A stretch of 64,000 bases of DNA, taken from NCBI GenBank assembly GCA_043228905.1, contig JBHGNT010000009.1, positions 15,500,001 through 15,564,000 on the forward strand, read 5' to 3'. This stretch comes from Azolla caroliniana. Taxonomy: Eukaryota; Plantae; Polypodiophyta. The position numbers were made by a program, and so were the translations under genes. Below, in pieces: positions 21,301 through 34,174 of this stretch. The stretch's first letter is position 1. The number at the start of each line of letters is the position of its first letter. The notes beneath the pieces are model-generated. The model searched no databases. It was given only the letters and a program-made list of their open reading frames with translations, and was not told the DNA's origin.

Positions 21301-23170
21301 CCGGCATGTGACTTTGTGTCCACTTGATACACATTGGTATGCACCAGCTCCAGTGGTGCAATCCGTCTCATCGGTGGTCTTGACCGGAAGGAGGTGCGGT
21401 TTTGCTTGCCGGCCAAGCAATGGATGCACTTCTCAAGTTGCACGTCCTTCACCAGAATGAGGTTGTCTTTGGAAAGCCTCTTCATCCCCTTCTCACTCAT
21501 GTGACACAACCTCTTGTGCCACAGCTGACCCGCGGTGTCGGATGCTACATTCACTTCTTTCCGGCATATCCGGGCATTCATCAAGTACAATGTGTTGACC
21601 TTCCGGGCTCGAGCCACTATTAGGCTCCCTTTGCAAAACTTCATGACTCCGTTCCGGATGCTACCCGTGTAGCCTTCATCATCTAGCCGACTGGCTAATA
21701 TCACGTTCAGTCGAACCTCCAGAACGTGTCGGACATCCTTCAACAGCAACTTGCATACGGTTGATGTCGTCAACAACACATCTCCTATGCCGATAATTTG
21801 TCATGTACCTTCATTCCCCATCCGGGCATGGCCATGATCATCGGTTGTGTAGGATGAGAAGGATTTCCAATTCGGTGTCAGGTGGAACAACGCTCTGGAA
21901 TCGACAACCCACGTTGTCTTGTCGCCGACAAGGTTTAACTCATTCTCCTCAGTAATGAGCATCAATTCCTCTTCACTTGTCATGATCACCAACGTTCCTT
22001 TCCGATACGGGCCTCTCCAATCCGAACTTAGGGCTATTTACAAATATAGTCTCAATGGGCTTATTCAAGACATATTTACAAATCTATCTTCTCTCCCGGT
22101 TCTCACCGGGTCCACCGATCCGGTTTCCGGATCTCTTCCGGTTCTCATCGGGTCCTCTTTATTCATCACTGGATCCCATCCGGAGAGACCGATTTCCCAA
22201 CACTTCCAACGAGGTTGCTTGATGTATCAGCCCCTGGAAGGCATTCATGTGCTCCGCCATACTGGAGCCATCCTGGTACTGGAGCCTCACTAGCTTCGGG
22301 AATACCGAAACCCGATTAACAACATTCTTGTTCTGGAACATGATGTCAATCTTCTCCTAGAGTTCATGAGCCTTGCTCTCTTCATTGAAGTTGTTCTACA
22401 AGCTCATGTTGATGAAACACCAGATGTATGCCGTCGTCTTCATGTGCATCACCTCCCACATTGTGGTGTCGATCTTATCTGGTCTCTTGTCCCCGAACTG
22501 AACCGGAAACCAAAGATCTTTAACCACCAGCATATCCCTCATCTTCGACTTCCACATTGAGTAGTTGGAGCCGGTGATCTTGAACATGCCGCTGAACGAT
22601 TCTTCCATTTCCTGTGTTGTTTGCTCTGAGACCAGTTTGCGGAGAATGGCACGGAATACTGCTCGGCTGCAACCGAGTCTTAGGTTACTTCTTTAAAGGA
22701 TCAAACACAAAAATGGGAATGGAGATGAATACTTGTACACCAAAAGAAAATACACATGATGTTTATGTGGAAAACCCTAATAGGGAAAAACCACGCGAAC
22801 CCACAGACTCCAAACTATCAGAATATGAGAAAGATACAATCAGAGACTCGGAGGCAACGACCTCAAGCTCTGTTTCTTCGCCAAGCGGTGGTTACAACAG
22901 AGTATCGCTCTGTATCTCCTCTCACTCTCTCTTGGTTACTTTCTATACAACAATATGACTACAACTACACACACCCTAAAGTGATTGCCCTAAGTCATAT
23001 TTATACTTATATGAACTTAGGGCTATTTACAAATATAGCCTCAATAGGCTTACTCAAAACATATTTACAAATATGTCTTCTCTTCCCGTTCTCACCGGGT
23101 CCATCCGATCCGACTTCCAGATCTCTTCATTCATAACCGGATCCCATCCGGAGGGACCGATTTCCCAACA
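18365..23170 (-). mobile_element. Copia family A copy 3, degenerate: 5' LTR 23170-22639, PBS 22634-22623, partial 3' LTR 18775-18365, LTR fragment in gag at about 22025-22202
   Basis: gag, PR, INT, RT (YVDD) and RH fragments in order on the minus strand; PPT at 18776-18788. Confidence 0.9.
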
Positions 23171-23287
23171 AAGTCATCCAAAAGGACTTCTAAAGACAGT
23201 TCAACCAATGCCAATTGGACACTAGAACCAATCGAAGAATACGAACCGACAAAATCAGTTCCCAAGAGATCCAGACGAGTCAAAATG

Positions 23288-23755
23288 TGTCATGATATGG
23301 CCCCAAAAGGAACTGAACCCGTCACCTTATGTACACAAGTTGAGGCCATACCATTAGATAACAATTGTAATACAAAAAAAATTATTTTCATTTGTTATTT
23401 CATTACAGAAAATTCATGTATATTCTAGAGTATTGAGGAACATTCTAGAAACTTCATGAATACTCCTAATAATACTATAAATAGAGGCATATGGCACTAT
23501 TCAGAACCAATTCGGTTCAACATTAGTCTTAAGCCCCTTAGCTATCTTTGTACAATCTTTTTACATAATATACTTCTCTGTTATCACACTTCTCTCTTCC
23601 ACACTCTATCTCTCTCTCCTCTCTCTCTCGTGATTATCTCACAGTCGCTCTTTTGTCTCTCTACATCTCATATTAATTTTGATACTACTCTCTCTCACTC
23701 TCTTTTAATCTATCTCTAGTACTAATCCTCTCAGTCTCTAGCACTACTCCTGATA
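23288..23755 (+). repeat. 5' LTR of a Tcn1-like chromovirus
   Basis: TGTCATGA...TCCTGATA imperfect termini; TATAAATA at 23476; homologous to the LTR at 1328; followed by a putative PBS and gag. Confidence 0.75.
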
Positions 23756-23757
23756 GT

Positions 23758-23770
23758 TTGAACCAAATTG
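23758..23770 (+). promoter_or_regulatory. putative self-priming PBS
   Basis: ttgaaccaaattg is complementary (12 of 13) to caattcggttcaa at 23508-23520, the predicted transcript 5' end. Confidence 0.65.
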
Positions 23771-23832
23771 CCTTCTTATCCTCCTTTCCCCTGTTATTAA
23801 TCTTCTTATCGATCCTTTTCCTCTACCATTAA

Positions 23833-24358
23833 AATGGCAATTGTAAGTGCACAAGAACACCAATCCGACTTTTCAGAGCTTTAGTGCTTGAAGGAAAAGT
23901 TTGTAGCACTCGAACAAGAAAATCAATGCTTGTTGGGGGATCTTCAACAAATCACGTTAGAAAAGCAATAAACGCAACAACACGGGGAGTTGGCGGCACG
24001 AGTGCAATAACTGGAAGCAACTATCGTGTTGTTACAACAACAAGGATTGAGTACTCAAGGGATTATTAAAGAACCCAAGGTTAGTCTTCCCATGAAATTT
24101 GATGCAACGCAATCACAGTTCAAAGGGTTCCTTAATCAGGTACGCTTGGTGATTCAAATGCATTCTTCTCGATATCCCATTGATGCATAACAAGTGGGGC
24201 TAGTAGGCACGTTACTTAGGGGTACAACTTTAGCATGGTCCGCCCCTTTGTTAGAAAAATGATCTCCTTTGCTAAATAATTTCAAGGCGTTTATTGGTGA
24301 GTTTAAAGCATGTTTTGGAGATACCAATAGTGGTTGGACCACAATCAATAAAATCCGA
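23833..24358 (+). pseudogene. chromovirus gag fragment
   Basis: Reads EPKVSLPMKFDATQSQFKGFLNQVRLVIQMHSSRYP...VGLVGTLLRGTTLAW, with stops. Confidence 0.75.
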
Positions 24359-24835
24359 AGAGTGCGTTGTCGTGGATATGTGTGGCTTGTAGGTTGCCTT
24401 GGGCGGCACCACTGAGATCTCGGACCAAGGAGCCTAAGGAAGAGCGGCTACTAAGCTTGCAGCAGTCTGTCCAGTCGGGTTTCCGGAGGCTGGATACTGA
24501 GTGCACAGGCGCGTAAAATTGTATCTGATCCAGCCCTATCACAGGATTCCGGAAGATGAGCTCAAGTAGGTATGTGCAAAATAGAGGAAGGAAGACGAAC
24601 ACCTCCCCGGACACAACAGATAAGATACGAATGTTGTCACAACAAGAAATCAATTAAAGACAATGATAGATTACAAAGAGATGGCCTTCAGTCGGTTAGC
24701 AGAGCTACAAGCTCAGCACCCACACACACCAATGACCCTCTGGTTGGGAGCACACGGGCTTCCTTTGCGAGTAGAGGCCTCACCCACCTAACCGAATGTT
24801 GAGAAATCATTCGGTCAAATCACAATAAACAAACT

Positions 24836-27800
24836 GTGCTGAAATACGAATCACAGATATGCCAGAAAAAAAAGGACAACAATGGTGCACAGAGATTTAA
24901 CATGGAAACCCTAAAACGGGAGAAAACCATGGGAACAGAGCTTCACTATGTATAGTGGATATACAACACAAAATGTTACAACACTCCTTCGAGTGTATCA
25001 GCCACATAGGGCTCTTGGCGTTTGTTGTTACGCACATAGCTATGGCGCCGCTCTCACTCACTCTCTGTCTCACACACTCTCACGCTACTTCTGTTCTACG
25101 CACACACACGCAACGTTTTGCCCTAAGTATATTTATACTTATACATTGTATATGCTATTTACAATTGTAGGCACTGCTACATATCATTACTATTATTGCT
25201 ATAATAATAATAGTCGAACTATTAAACAATCGACTCTCTGTTCTCGACTCTTCGACTGTCAGCTTTCCGAACAATCGAATCTTCCATGTCTTCGACTGTC
25301 GACACTCCTTGGTCTGATCAGTCGGCTCCTCGTAGTCATCGCTTGTTAGCAACTTCTAGATAGTTGGTTCCTCCTCCCGCTAGAGGGGCATATTCCCAAC
25401 AAACTCCCCCTTCACTCCTGTGGGAGGAAGTCAGTCAGTCTTGTCTTCTGTCGACAGACTCTGAGTCTATCCATAGGTAGGTTCTTTGTTAGCATGTCGA
25501 ATCCATTATCATCAGTATGGATCTTAACCAAGGAAAACTTTCCTTCTTCGACTCTCTCCCGCAACCAGTGATACCTTCTCTGTATATGCTTGGTCCGGGA
25601 GTGGTATGCAGCATTCTTGGCAAGATGTATGGCACTTTGGCTATCATAGTGAAGCAAGAGCTCCTTTTGCTTCATCCCTAATTCGTTGAGAAAACTTCTC
25701 ATCCAGATCATCTCTTTGCCGACTTCTACTGCTACCATATACTCTGCCTCTGTAGTCGACAAGGCTACAGACTTCTGTAGTCGTGACTGCCATGACACCG
25801 CTCCCCCTGCATAGGTCATCACGTACCTTGACGTGGATCGGCTCGAGTCGACATCTCCTGACATTTCCGAATCGATAAAACCTTCTAGTAGAGGTTTTCT
25901 GACACCATACCTTAGGCACACCCCCGAGGTGCCCTTTAAGTACCTGAGTATCCACTTCATTGTTGCCCAGTGTTCTCTCCCTGGATTACTCATATATCGG
26001 CTTACTACTCCTACAACAAATGCTATGTCTAGTTTCATATGGACATAGCATACATTAGACAGCCGACGGCCGAGGCATACGGTACCTTCCTCATCCCGGC
26101 CTTCTCCTTCTCCCCTCTCGGGCACTGCTTCGAATTTAACCTGCAATTTGTCGGCAACACTGAGCCGACCAGCTTTGCGTTCGACATGTTGAACCTTTCT
26201 AAGATCTTCATCACATAATTTTGTTGTGACAACCAAAGCACCCTTTTGGTTCTGTCCCGAACTATGTGCATGCCTAAGATCTGTTTAGCCGATCCAAAGT
26301 CTTTCATGGCAAATGATTTGCCGAGAGCTTTCTCAAGCTTCCAATCTTCCTTGTATCTTGACCGACTATCAACATGTCATCGACATATAGCAAGAGAATC
26401 AAGAAGTCTCCTTCTTCATACCTTTTGACGAACACACAGTGATCGACCTGTGTTTTCTGGAACCGATGTTCCATCATGAAGGACTCGAACTTCTTGTACC
26501 ATTGGCGTGGAGCTTGTTTCAGACCGTACAAGTTTTTCTTCAGTCGACACACCAGGTTCTCTTTCCCTTTCTCCTCAAAGCCTTTGGGTTGTTGCATATA
26601 GATTTCTTCTTCTAGCTCCCCATGCAGAAATGCGGTTTTGACATCCAACTGTTCGATCTCCAGATCCATACTGGCCACTATGCTCAGAACAGTTCGAATG
26701 GATGTCATCATCACGACTGGTGCGAATATTTCGTCAAAGTCGACGCCCTTTTTCTATTGAAAACCCTTCACCACTATGCGGGCTTTATACCTAGGCTCAT
26801 TGTCAGCTTCTCCAGTCTTCACTTTGTAGACCCATTTATTCCTGAGTGCTCTCTTACCTTTCGGCAGCTCTACCAAGTCATAGGTGTAATTCTTGTGCAA
26901 GGATTCCAACTCATCTTGCATCGCGCTCAGCCATTTCGTTCTGTGCTCGTCGGCAATGACTTCTTCATAGCACTCCGGTTCACCTTCATCAGTCAAGAGG
27001 ATGTATTGGTTGGCATATGTAGTCGGTGCTTTCCTCTCCCTAAGTGGGTATCTTCTTCCACTCGTTGTTGGCTCTCTTTCGGATGTCTCTGCTAACTCTT
27101 CTCTCTGCTTGGGATTCTGCTCGTCAATCGGCCTCTCCTGGTTGGACAACTCCAACTCATATTCATCAATTGACCTTTGCATCCCTACCGACTCTGACTC
27201 ATAGTCAGTCGATCGACTTAGATTCGGCTCTATCGGCTAGCGATCTCCTTACAATTGTAGGTGACAATTCACTTGGCCTTAAGTCGATGGTAGTCGAGTT
27301 AGACTGGGGAGTCGATTCTAACTTCTGTTGCTTCCAGTCTTCAATCGTCTTATCTTCTAGAAAGACTACATCCCAACTTCTCACTACCTTCTTGTCGACT
27401 AGGTCCCATAGCCTATAGCCGAACTCATCTTCCGAGTATCCCATGAATATGCATGCTTTCAACTTACTGTTGAGCTTTGACCTCTGATCTTTCGGTACAT
27501 GCATATACCCCAAACATCCGAACACCCTCAGGTGTTGGTAGGAGACATCCTTCCCTGTCCACACTCTCTGTGGGACATCACCCTTTAATGGTACTAAGGG
27601 AGACTAGTTGATCAGATAAACAGTTGTGTACATAGCCTCAGCCCAATAGGATTTCGGCAGTTTCGCATGAGAGAGCATGCTCCTTACCCTCTCCATGATT
27701 GTTCGATTCATCCTCTCTGCAACCCCGTTCAACTCTGGGGTCTTTGGCACTATGTATTCGATCCAAATACCTTGGCACTTGCAGTATTCCTCGAACTGCC

Positions 27801-28220
27801 CTTTGTACTCGCCACCGTTGTCGGTTCGGACAACCTTCAACTTCCGACCCGACTCTCTTTCGGCTCTTGCCTGGAACTCCTTGAAAACCAACAATACTTG
27901 ATCCTTCGTCTTCAGTACGAAGTCCCATGACATCGTTCAGCAAACACTTCCGATTCCGGTTACCCTGCACTCCCCACTATCACCCATCTTTACATAGCCA
28001 TGATCCCCGGCTATGTAAGTCGAGAAATACTCTCTCGACGAAGTGATGTGGAACGATGCCCCGGAATCAATCACCCACGTGCAATCTTCACTTGCAAGAT
28101 TTGCACTCATCTATTCACAAATGAATAGGACTTCTTCATTGATTGTAGCAATGGCCGAAGTGTTCTTCTCATTAGGAATTTTCCTAGGTTCGACATTATT
28201 TCCGACACTCTTATCTTTCA
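24836..28220 (-). mobile_element. Copia family B copy 1: degenerate PR-INT-RT-RH, PPT and 3' LTR (25401 to about 24836)
   Basis: ORFs 25412-26236, 26304-26714 and 27604-27933 carry Tork-like RT/RH/INT motifs; PPT adjacent to cccaaca. Confidence 0.88.
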
Positions 28221-29271
28221 CGTCGGACTGGAAGACTATGGGGAAGGATATCATGCAAGAGAAAGTGAGTGGGAGGGAGAGTGATGTAAGGTATATTGGT
28301 TACAACGAAAGGGTAGAATATGTAGTGAATACAAATGTCGGCTACAATGTAGTCACACGCATTGGAAAGGAAATACTAAGATTAAGAAAAATACCGACTA
28401 TCGGAAGTAGTCCCATGCATACATACTAAAAAATATAAAAGGGAATGCATGGCTACCGAATGTAGTCCCATGCTTACAATGAAAAGATGATACAAAGTGA
28501 GAAATAGGATGTTGAAGGCGTGATTGGGATGCCGATGATGCCGTTGCAAAAGCCCTCCACTTGAAATGAGGGAACTCAACACGAAGTGGATACTCGAGGG
28601 GTGTCGATAATATGCCATCGTGGGTTCATTTCTCTGTGGATGGTCCTCCATAGAATTTCCTACAACTTGTGAATTTTAGACCATGAGGTGGATACAAGGA
28701 GTGCGAGCAGTATACAATCAGTGGGTGTATGCGAGAGGGAGAGTGAGAGTTAAAGAATAGAAATGTGAGTCGGGTTCATACATGTAGATCAGTTGCTTAG
28801 GGTCAGCAAACTCCGACTCGTATTCTTCAATCGACTTCAATAGTTCTGTTGACTCCGACTCATATGTATTGGTCGGTTGTCCCGAGTCGACCAACTCGGA
28901 TTCAGTTGTGCCAATTGGTTGTCTCCAAATAGCCAACTGTGTCGGTGGGAGTGGGAGTCGACTAGGAAGTCAATTCCGACTTCTGTTGTTTCCAGCCCTC
29001 AATTGTATTTTCTTCCAAGAAGACTATGTCCTGACTCCTCACTACCTTCTTGTCAACGAAGTCCCACAGTTTGTAGCTGAACTCATTCCCCGAGTACCCA
29101 AGAAATATGCATGGGTTCAACTTACTATTGAGCTTCGACCTTTGATCCTTAGCCACATGCATATACACTAAGCATCCAAACACCCTTAGGTGTTTGTAGG
29201 AAACTTCTTTTCCTGTCCACACCCTCTGTGGGACATCACCATTCAATGGCACTAGGGAGACCTGTTGATCA

Positions 29272-32200
29272 TGTTGGGAGACAGGTCCCTCCGGATGGGA
29301 AGGGAGAAGAACAGTGCCGATGAACAAACGACACAGAAAATGGACGATTCGTTGGGAGGTATGTTCAAGCTCACCAGCTCCAACTATTCGGTATGGAAGT
29401 CGAAGATGAGGGACATGCTCGTGTTTAAAGACCTCTGGCTGCCGGTTCAGTTCGGGGACAAGAGACCGGACAAAATCGACGCCGCGATATGGGAGGTGAT
29501 GCACATGAAGATAACGGCATACATACGGTGTTTCATCGACATGAGCCTATACAACAACTTCAATGAAGAGAGCAAGGCTCATGAGCTCTGGGAGAAGATC
29601 GGCATAATGTTTCAAAACAAAAATGTTGTTAATCAGGTTTCGGTATTCCGGAAGCTAGTAAGACTCCGGTACCAAGATGGCTCCAGCATGGCGGAGCACA
29701 TGAATGCCTTCCAGGGGCTGATACACCAGGCAACATCATTGGAAGTACCTCTCGCCGATGAGGTACTAGCGCTACTCCTGCTCGGTTCCCTCCCGGATAG
29801 CTGGGAGACGTTGGTTGTCACTTTGGGCAACGTCGGGCCGGAAGGAAAGTGGTTATCCCTAGCAAGAGTAAAGTCGAGCTTGCTAGATGAGGAGGCGCGT
29901 CGGAAAGATAAAGATACGAGCTCCGATTCCAAAGCGCTCCTTACCAAATCGGATCGCGGAAGACAAAGAAACCGTAGTCCCCAAAACCGGGAAAAGTCGG
30001 GGACACAGTCAAAGTCAAGGGGGAGACCTACTTGCTTCTATTGCGGCAAGCCGGGACACTTCCAGAAGAACTGTCAGCATTTCCAAAAGGACAAGGAAAC
30101 CGACGGTACCGATTTGAAGCAGATACCGAACCGGAACGGTAAAGACCGGAGGGGGCTGGACCGGAAGGGGACGACGGCAATCACAGCAAGTGAAGAAGCG
30201 TTGATGCTCATCACCGAGGAGAGTGAGATAAACCTTGCCAGCGACGAGATGACCTGGGTAGTCGACTCCGGAGCGTCATTCCACCTTACCCCGGACCGGA
30301 AATGCTTCTCATCCTACTCAACCGGTGATCACGGCTGTGTCCGGATGGGGAATGAAGGAACATGCCGAATTGTCGGCATAGGAGACGTGTGGCTGACAAC
30401 ACCAACCGGATGCAAGTTGCTATTGAAGGATGTCTGACACGTTCCGGAGGTTCGTCTGAACCCGATATCAGCCGATCGGCTAGATGATGAAGGCTACACG
30501 GGTAGCACCCGGAACGGTGTCATGAACTTCAACAAAGGGAGCCTGATTGTGGCTCAGGCCCAGAAGGTCAACACGCTATACCTGATGAATGCCCGGTTAT
30601 GTCCGGAAGAAGTGAACGTGGCATCCGACACTACCGGTGAGCTGTGGCACAAAAGGTTGTGTCATATGAGCGAGAAGGGGATGAAGAGGCTTGCAGACGA
30701 CAACCTCATTCCAGTGAAGAATGTGCACTTGGAGAAGTGCACTGATTGTCTGGCCGGTAAGCAAAACCCGACCTCCTTCCGACCAAGGCCACCGATGAGA
30801 CGTAATACACCACTGGAGTTGGTGCATACGGATGTGTGTCAAGTAGACACGAAGTCACATGCCGGAGCGCAGTACTTCGTGACGTTCATAGATGACCACA
30901 GCCGGAAGCTGTGGGCCACACCGTTGAAGACGAAGGATCAGGTGCTATCCGTCTTCAAAGAGCTCCACGCGAGAGTGGAAAGAGAAACCGGTCGGAAGCT
31001 GAAGGCGGTTCAAGCAGATAACGGAGGAGAATATCGGGGGCAGTTCGAGGAGTACTACCGCTCGAAGGGAATCCGGCTCGAATTTACCGTGCCGAAGACG
31101 CCGGAACTAAACGGGCTGGCTGAGAGGATGAACCGGACCATAATGGAGAGGGTCCAGAGTATGCTAGCGCATGCAAAACTACCCAAGAAGTTTTGGGTTG
31201 AGGCACTGTCGACAGCGACATACGTGATAAACAGATCACCCTCAGTACCCTTGGACGGAGACACGCCACAGAGAGTCTGGACCGGTAAGGAAGTGTCCTA
31301 CCGGCATCTGAAGGTATTCGGGTGTCTCGCGTACGTGCATGTAGCTAAGGACCGGAGAGGAAAGTTAGATACAAAGACCTGGCCATGCATATTCCTCGGT
31401 TACGGCGACGATGAGTTCGGCTACCGAGTGTGGGACCCGGTCGACAAGAAGGTATTCCGGAGTCGAGATATTATCTTCATGGAGGACAAGACGCTCACCG
31501 ACTGGGAGTCGGAGAAGAAGATAATGAACTCCGAGTCGACCAGTAAGGATCGACTCTACGATGAGCAGACCCAACCGGCAAGAGACCGGTTAGCACTCGA
31601 GGAACCAGCCGGTTACGGTGAGGATACCGGACCGGCAGAAGAAGAAGTAGAGGAAGCTGAAACTGGAACCGGCCAAGACCCCGAAACAGATTCGGATGAA
31701 GAGCAAATGGAGGAGCCGGTTACCGAAGCCCGAAGACGGAGATATCCTCTCAGAGAGAGAAGGGCACCCCGGAGATTTCCGGGAGCCTGAAAGCTTCGAA
31801 GAAGCGAAGGATGACACCCACAGCCGAAAATGGTTAAGTGTCATGCAGGATGAGATGGATTCCCTGCATGAGAACCATACGTACGAATTGGTGGAGTTGC
31901 CGAAAGGAAAGCGGGCACTCCGAAATAAGTGGGTGTACAAGTTGAAACCGGGAGATGCCGGCAACCCCCCGAGATACAAAGCCAGGATCGTGGTGAAGGG
32001 GTTCCAGCAGAAAAAGGGCGTGGACTTTGACGAGATATTTGCCCCGGTAGTAAAGATGACCTCCATCCGGACGATGCTGAGTATATCGGCAAGCATGGAC
32101 CTCGAGGTAGAACAGTTGGACGTGAAGACGGCATTCCTTCATGGCGACCTCAAAGAGGAGATCTACATGCAGCAACCGGAAGGATTCGTGGAGAAAGGGA

Positions 32201-34174
32201 AGGAGCACCTGGTATGCCGGTTGAAGAAGAGCCTCTACGGGTTGAAGCAAGCCCCCCGGCAATGGTACCGGAAGTTCGATTCCTTCATGACCGATCAAGG
32301 GTACCACAAGACACAGGCCGATCACTGCGTGTTTGTGAAGAAGTTCGAAGGAGATGACTTCCTGATACTCCTTCTGTACGTGGATGACATGTTGATCGTC
32401 GGACGGGATCAAGTCAAAATACGGATGCTGAAGAAGGCTCTCAACTGGACCTTCTCAATGAAAGACTTGGGTTCGGCAAGACAGATGTTGGGGATGCATA
32501 TTATCTGGAACCGGTCAAAGAAGCAATTATGGTTGTCACAGGAGAAGTACGTGACAAAGGTGCTTCAACAGTTCAACATGTCATATGCGAAACCGGTCGG
32601 ATCGACACTTCCGGCAAACTGCAGGCTATCCGGTAAGCAAAGCCCAAAGACGAAAGCAGAGAAGGCGGATATGATGAAGATTCCATATGCCTCTGCCGTC
32701 GGGAGCTTGATGTACGCAATGGTCTGTACCCGACCGGATATAGGATACGCAGTTGGAGTGGTGAGCCGGTTTATGAGCAGTCCCAGCAAGGAGCATTGGA
32801 ACGCGGTCAAATGGATACTCCGGTATTTGAAGGGCACTTCAAATATGTGTCTCCGATTCGGCTCCGGAAAACCTCAACTTGACGGTTTCACCGATTCGGA
32901 CATGTCGACTGATGTGGATACCAGTCGGTCTACATCTGGGTATGTAATGACATATGCATGGGGAGCTGTTTCGCGGCAGTCGAGGCTGCAGAAGATGGTT
33001 GCATTGTCAACCACGGAGGCGGAGTACATGGCAGCCGTGGAAGCCGGCAAGGAAATATTATGGATGAAGGACTTCATCGGAGAGCTCGGTATCCGGCAAG
33101 ATGCATACAGACTCTATTGCGATAGTCAAAGTGCCATCCATCTTGCTAAGAATGCGGCCTACCATTCCCAGATGAAGCATATCTAGCGAAGGTATCACTG
33201 GATCCGGGAAAGAGTAGATGACCAGGAGCTCGCACTGACGAAGATCCACACGGCCGAGAACGGGTCAGATATGCTGACCAAAGTGTTGATACCCGACAAG
33301 CTGGATGCATGCCGGAAGAGGATCGGACTGGTAAGACACCCCATGCCGGAGTGAAGGGGGAGTTTATTGGGAGACAGGTCCCTTCAGATGGGAAGGGAGA
33401 AGAACAGTGCTGATGAACAAACTCGGCCGAGGCCGAAACCAGATGACGAGTACCCGGCTACGAAGGGCCGGATGGTACAGACCCAGTGAAGAACCGGATG
33501 AGGACTACCTAGCTACGGAGAGCCGGATGGTGCAGACCCGGTGAGAACCGGATGAGGAGTACCCAGCTACGGAGAGCCGGATGGTACAAACCCGGTGAAG
33601 AACCGGATGAGGAGTACCCGGCTACGGAGAGCCGGATGGTACAGACCCGGTGAAGGACCGGATGAGGAGTACCCGGCAAGATCCGGATGATGCAGGCCCG
33701 GTGAGGAATGCTCTCCGGATGAAGAGACATATTTGTAAATATGTTTCTGAGAGTCCATCGTGGCTATATTTGTAAATAGCCGAAAAGTCATATTAGTATA
33801 AATATGACTTAGGGCAAACTTTTAGTAGTTGTTGTCATTCTTGTTGGTGCAAGAATAGAGTGAGCGCGTAACAGTGTACAGAGAGAGAGAGAGAGAGAGA
33901 GAAAGAGGTTGTTGCCTCTGTTGTAACCGCCGCCTGTGGTGAGGATCGTGAGCACGAGGTCATTGCCTCCGTGAACTCATTGTTGTACATTCTAGCATAG
34001 TGATAGTTTGCAGCCTGTGGGTTGCCGTGGTTTTTCCCTCTTTGGGTTTTCCACGTAAACATCCTGTGCACTCGTTTCTTCTTCGTGTCGTGTTTTATTT
34101 CCCGTTTTCTGTGTATGATTCTAAGCTTGGTTGTGGCCGAGCGTTGTGCATAAGGAGCGCTTGAGTTCCTGTCA
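29272..34174 (+). mobile_element. Copia family A copy 4, near-intact coding region; 5' LTR reduced to about 57 bp; 3' LTR 33365-34174
   Basis: TSD GATCA (29267-29271 and 34175-34179); ORFs 29340-30437, 30522-31790 and 31696-33186 are broken by two stops and one frameshifting deletion. Confidence 0.93.
33438..33720 (+). repeat. about 55-bp tandem repeat, about 5 copies, in LTR U3
   Basis: Unit accggatgaggagtacccggctacggagagccggatggtacagacccggtgaaga. Confidence 0.9.
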
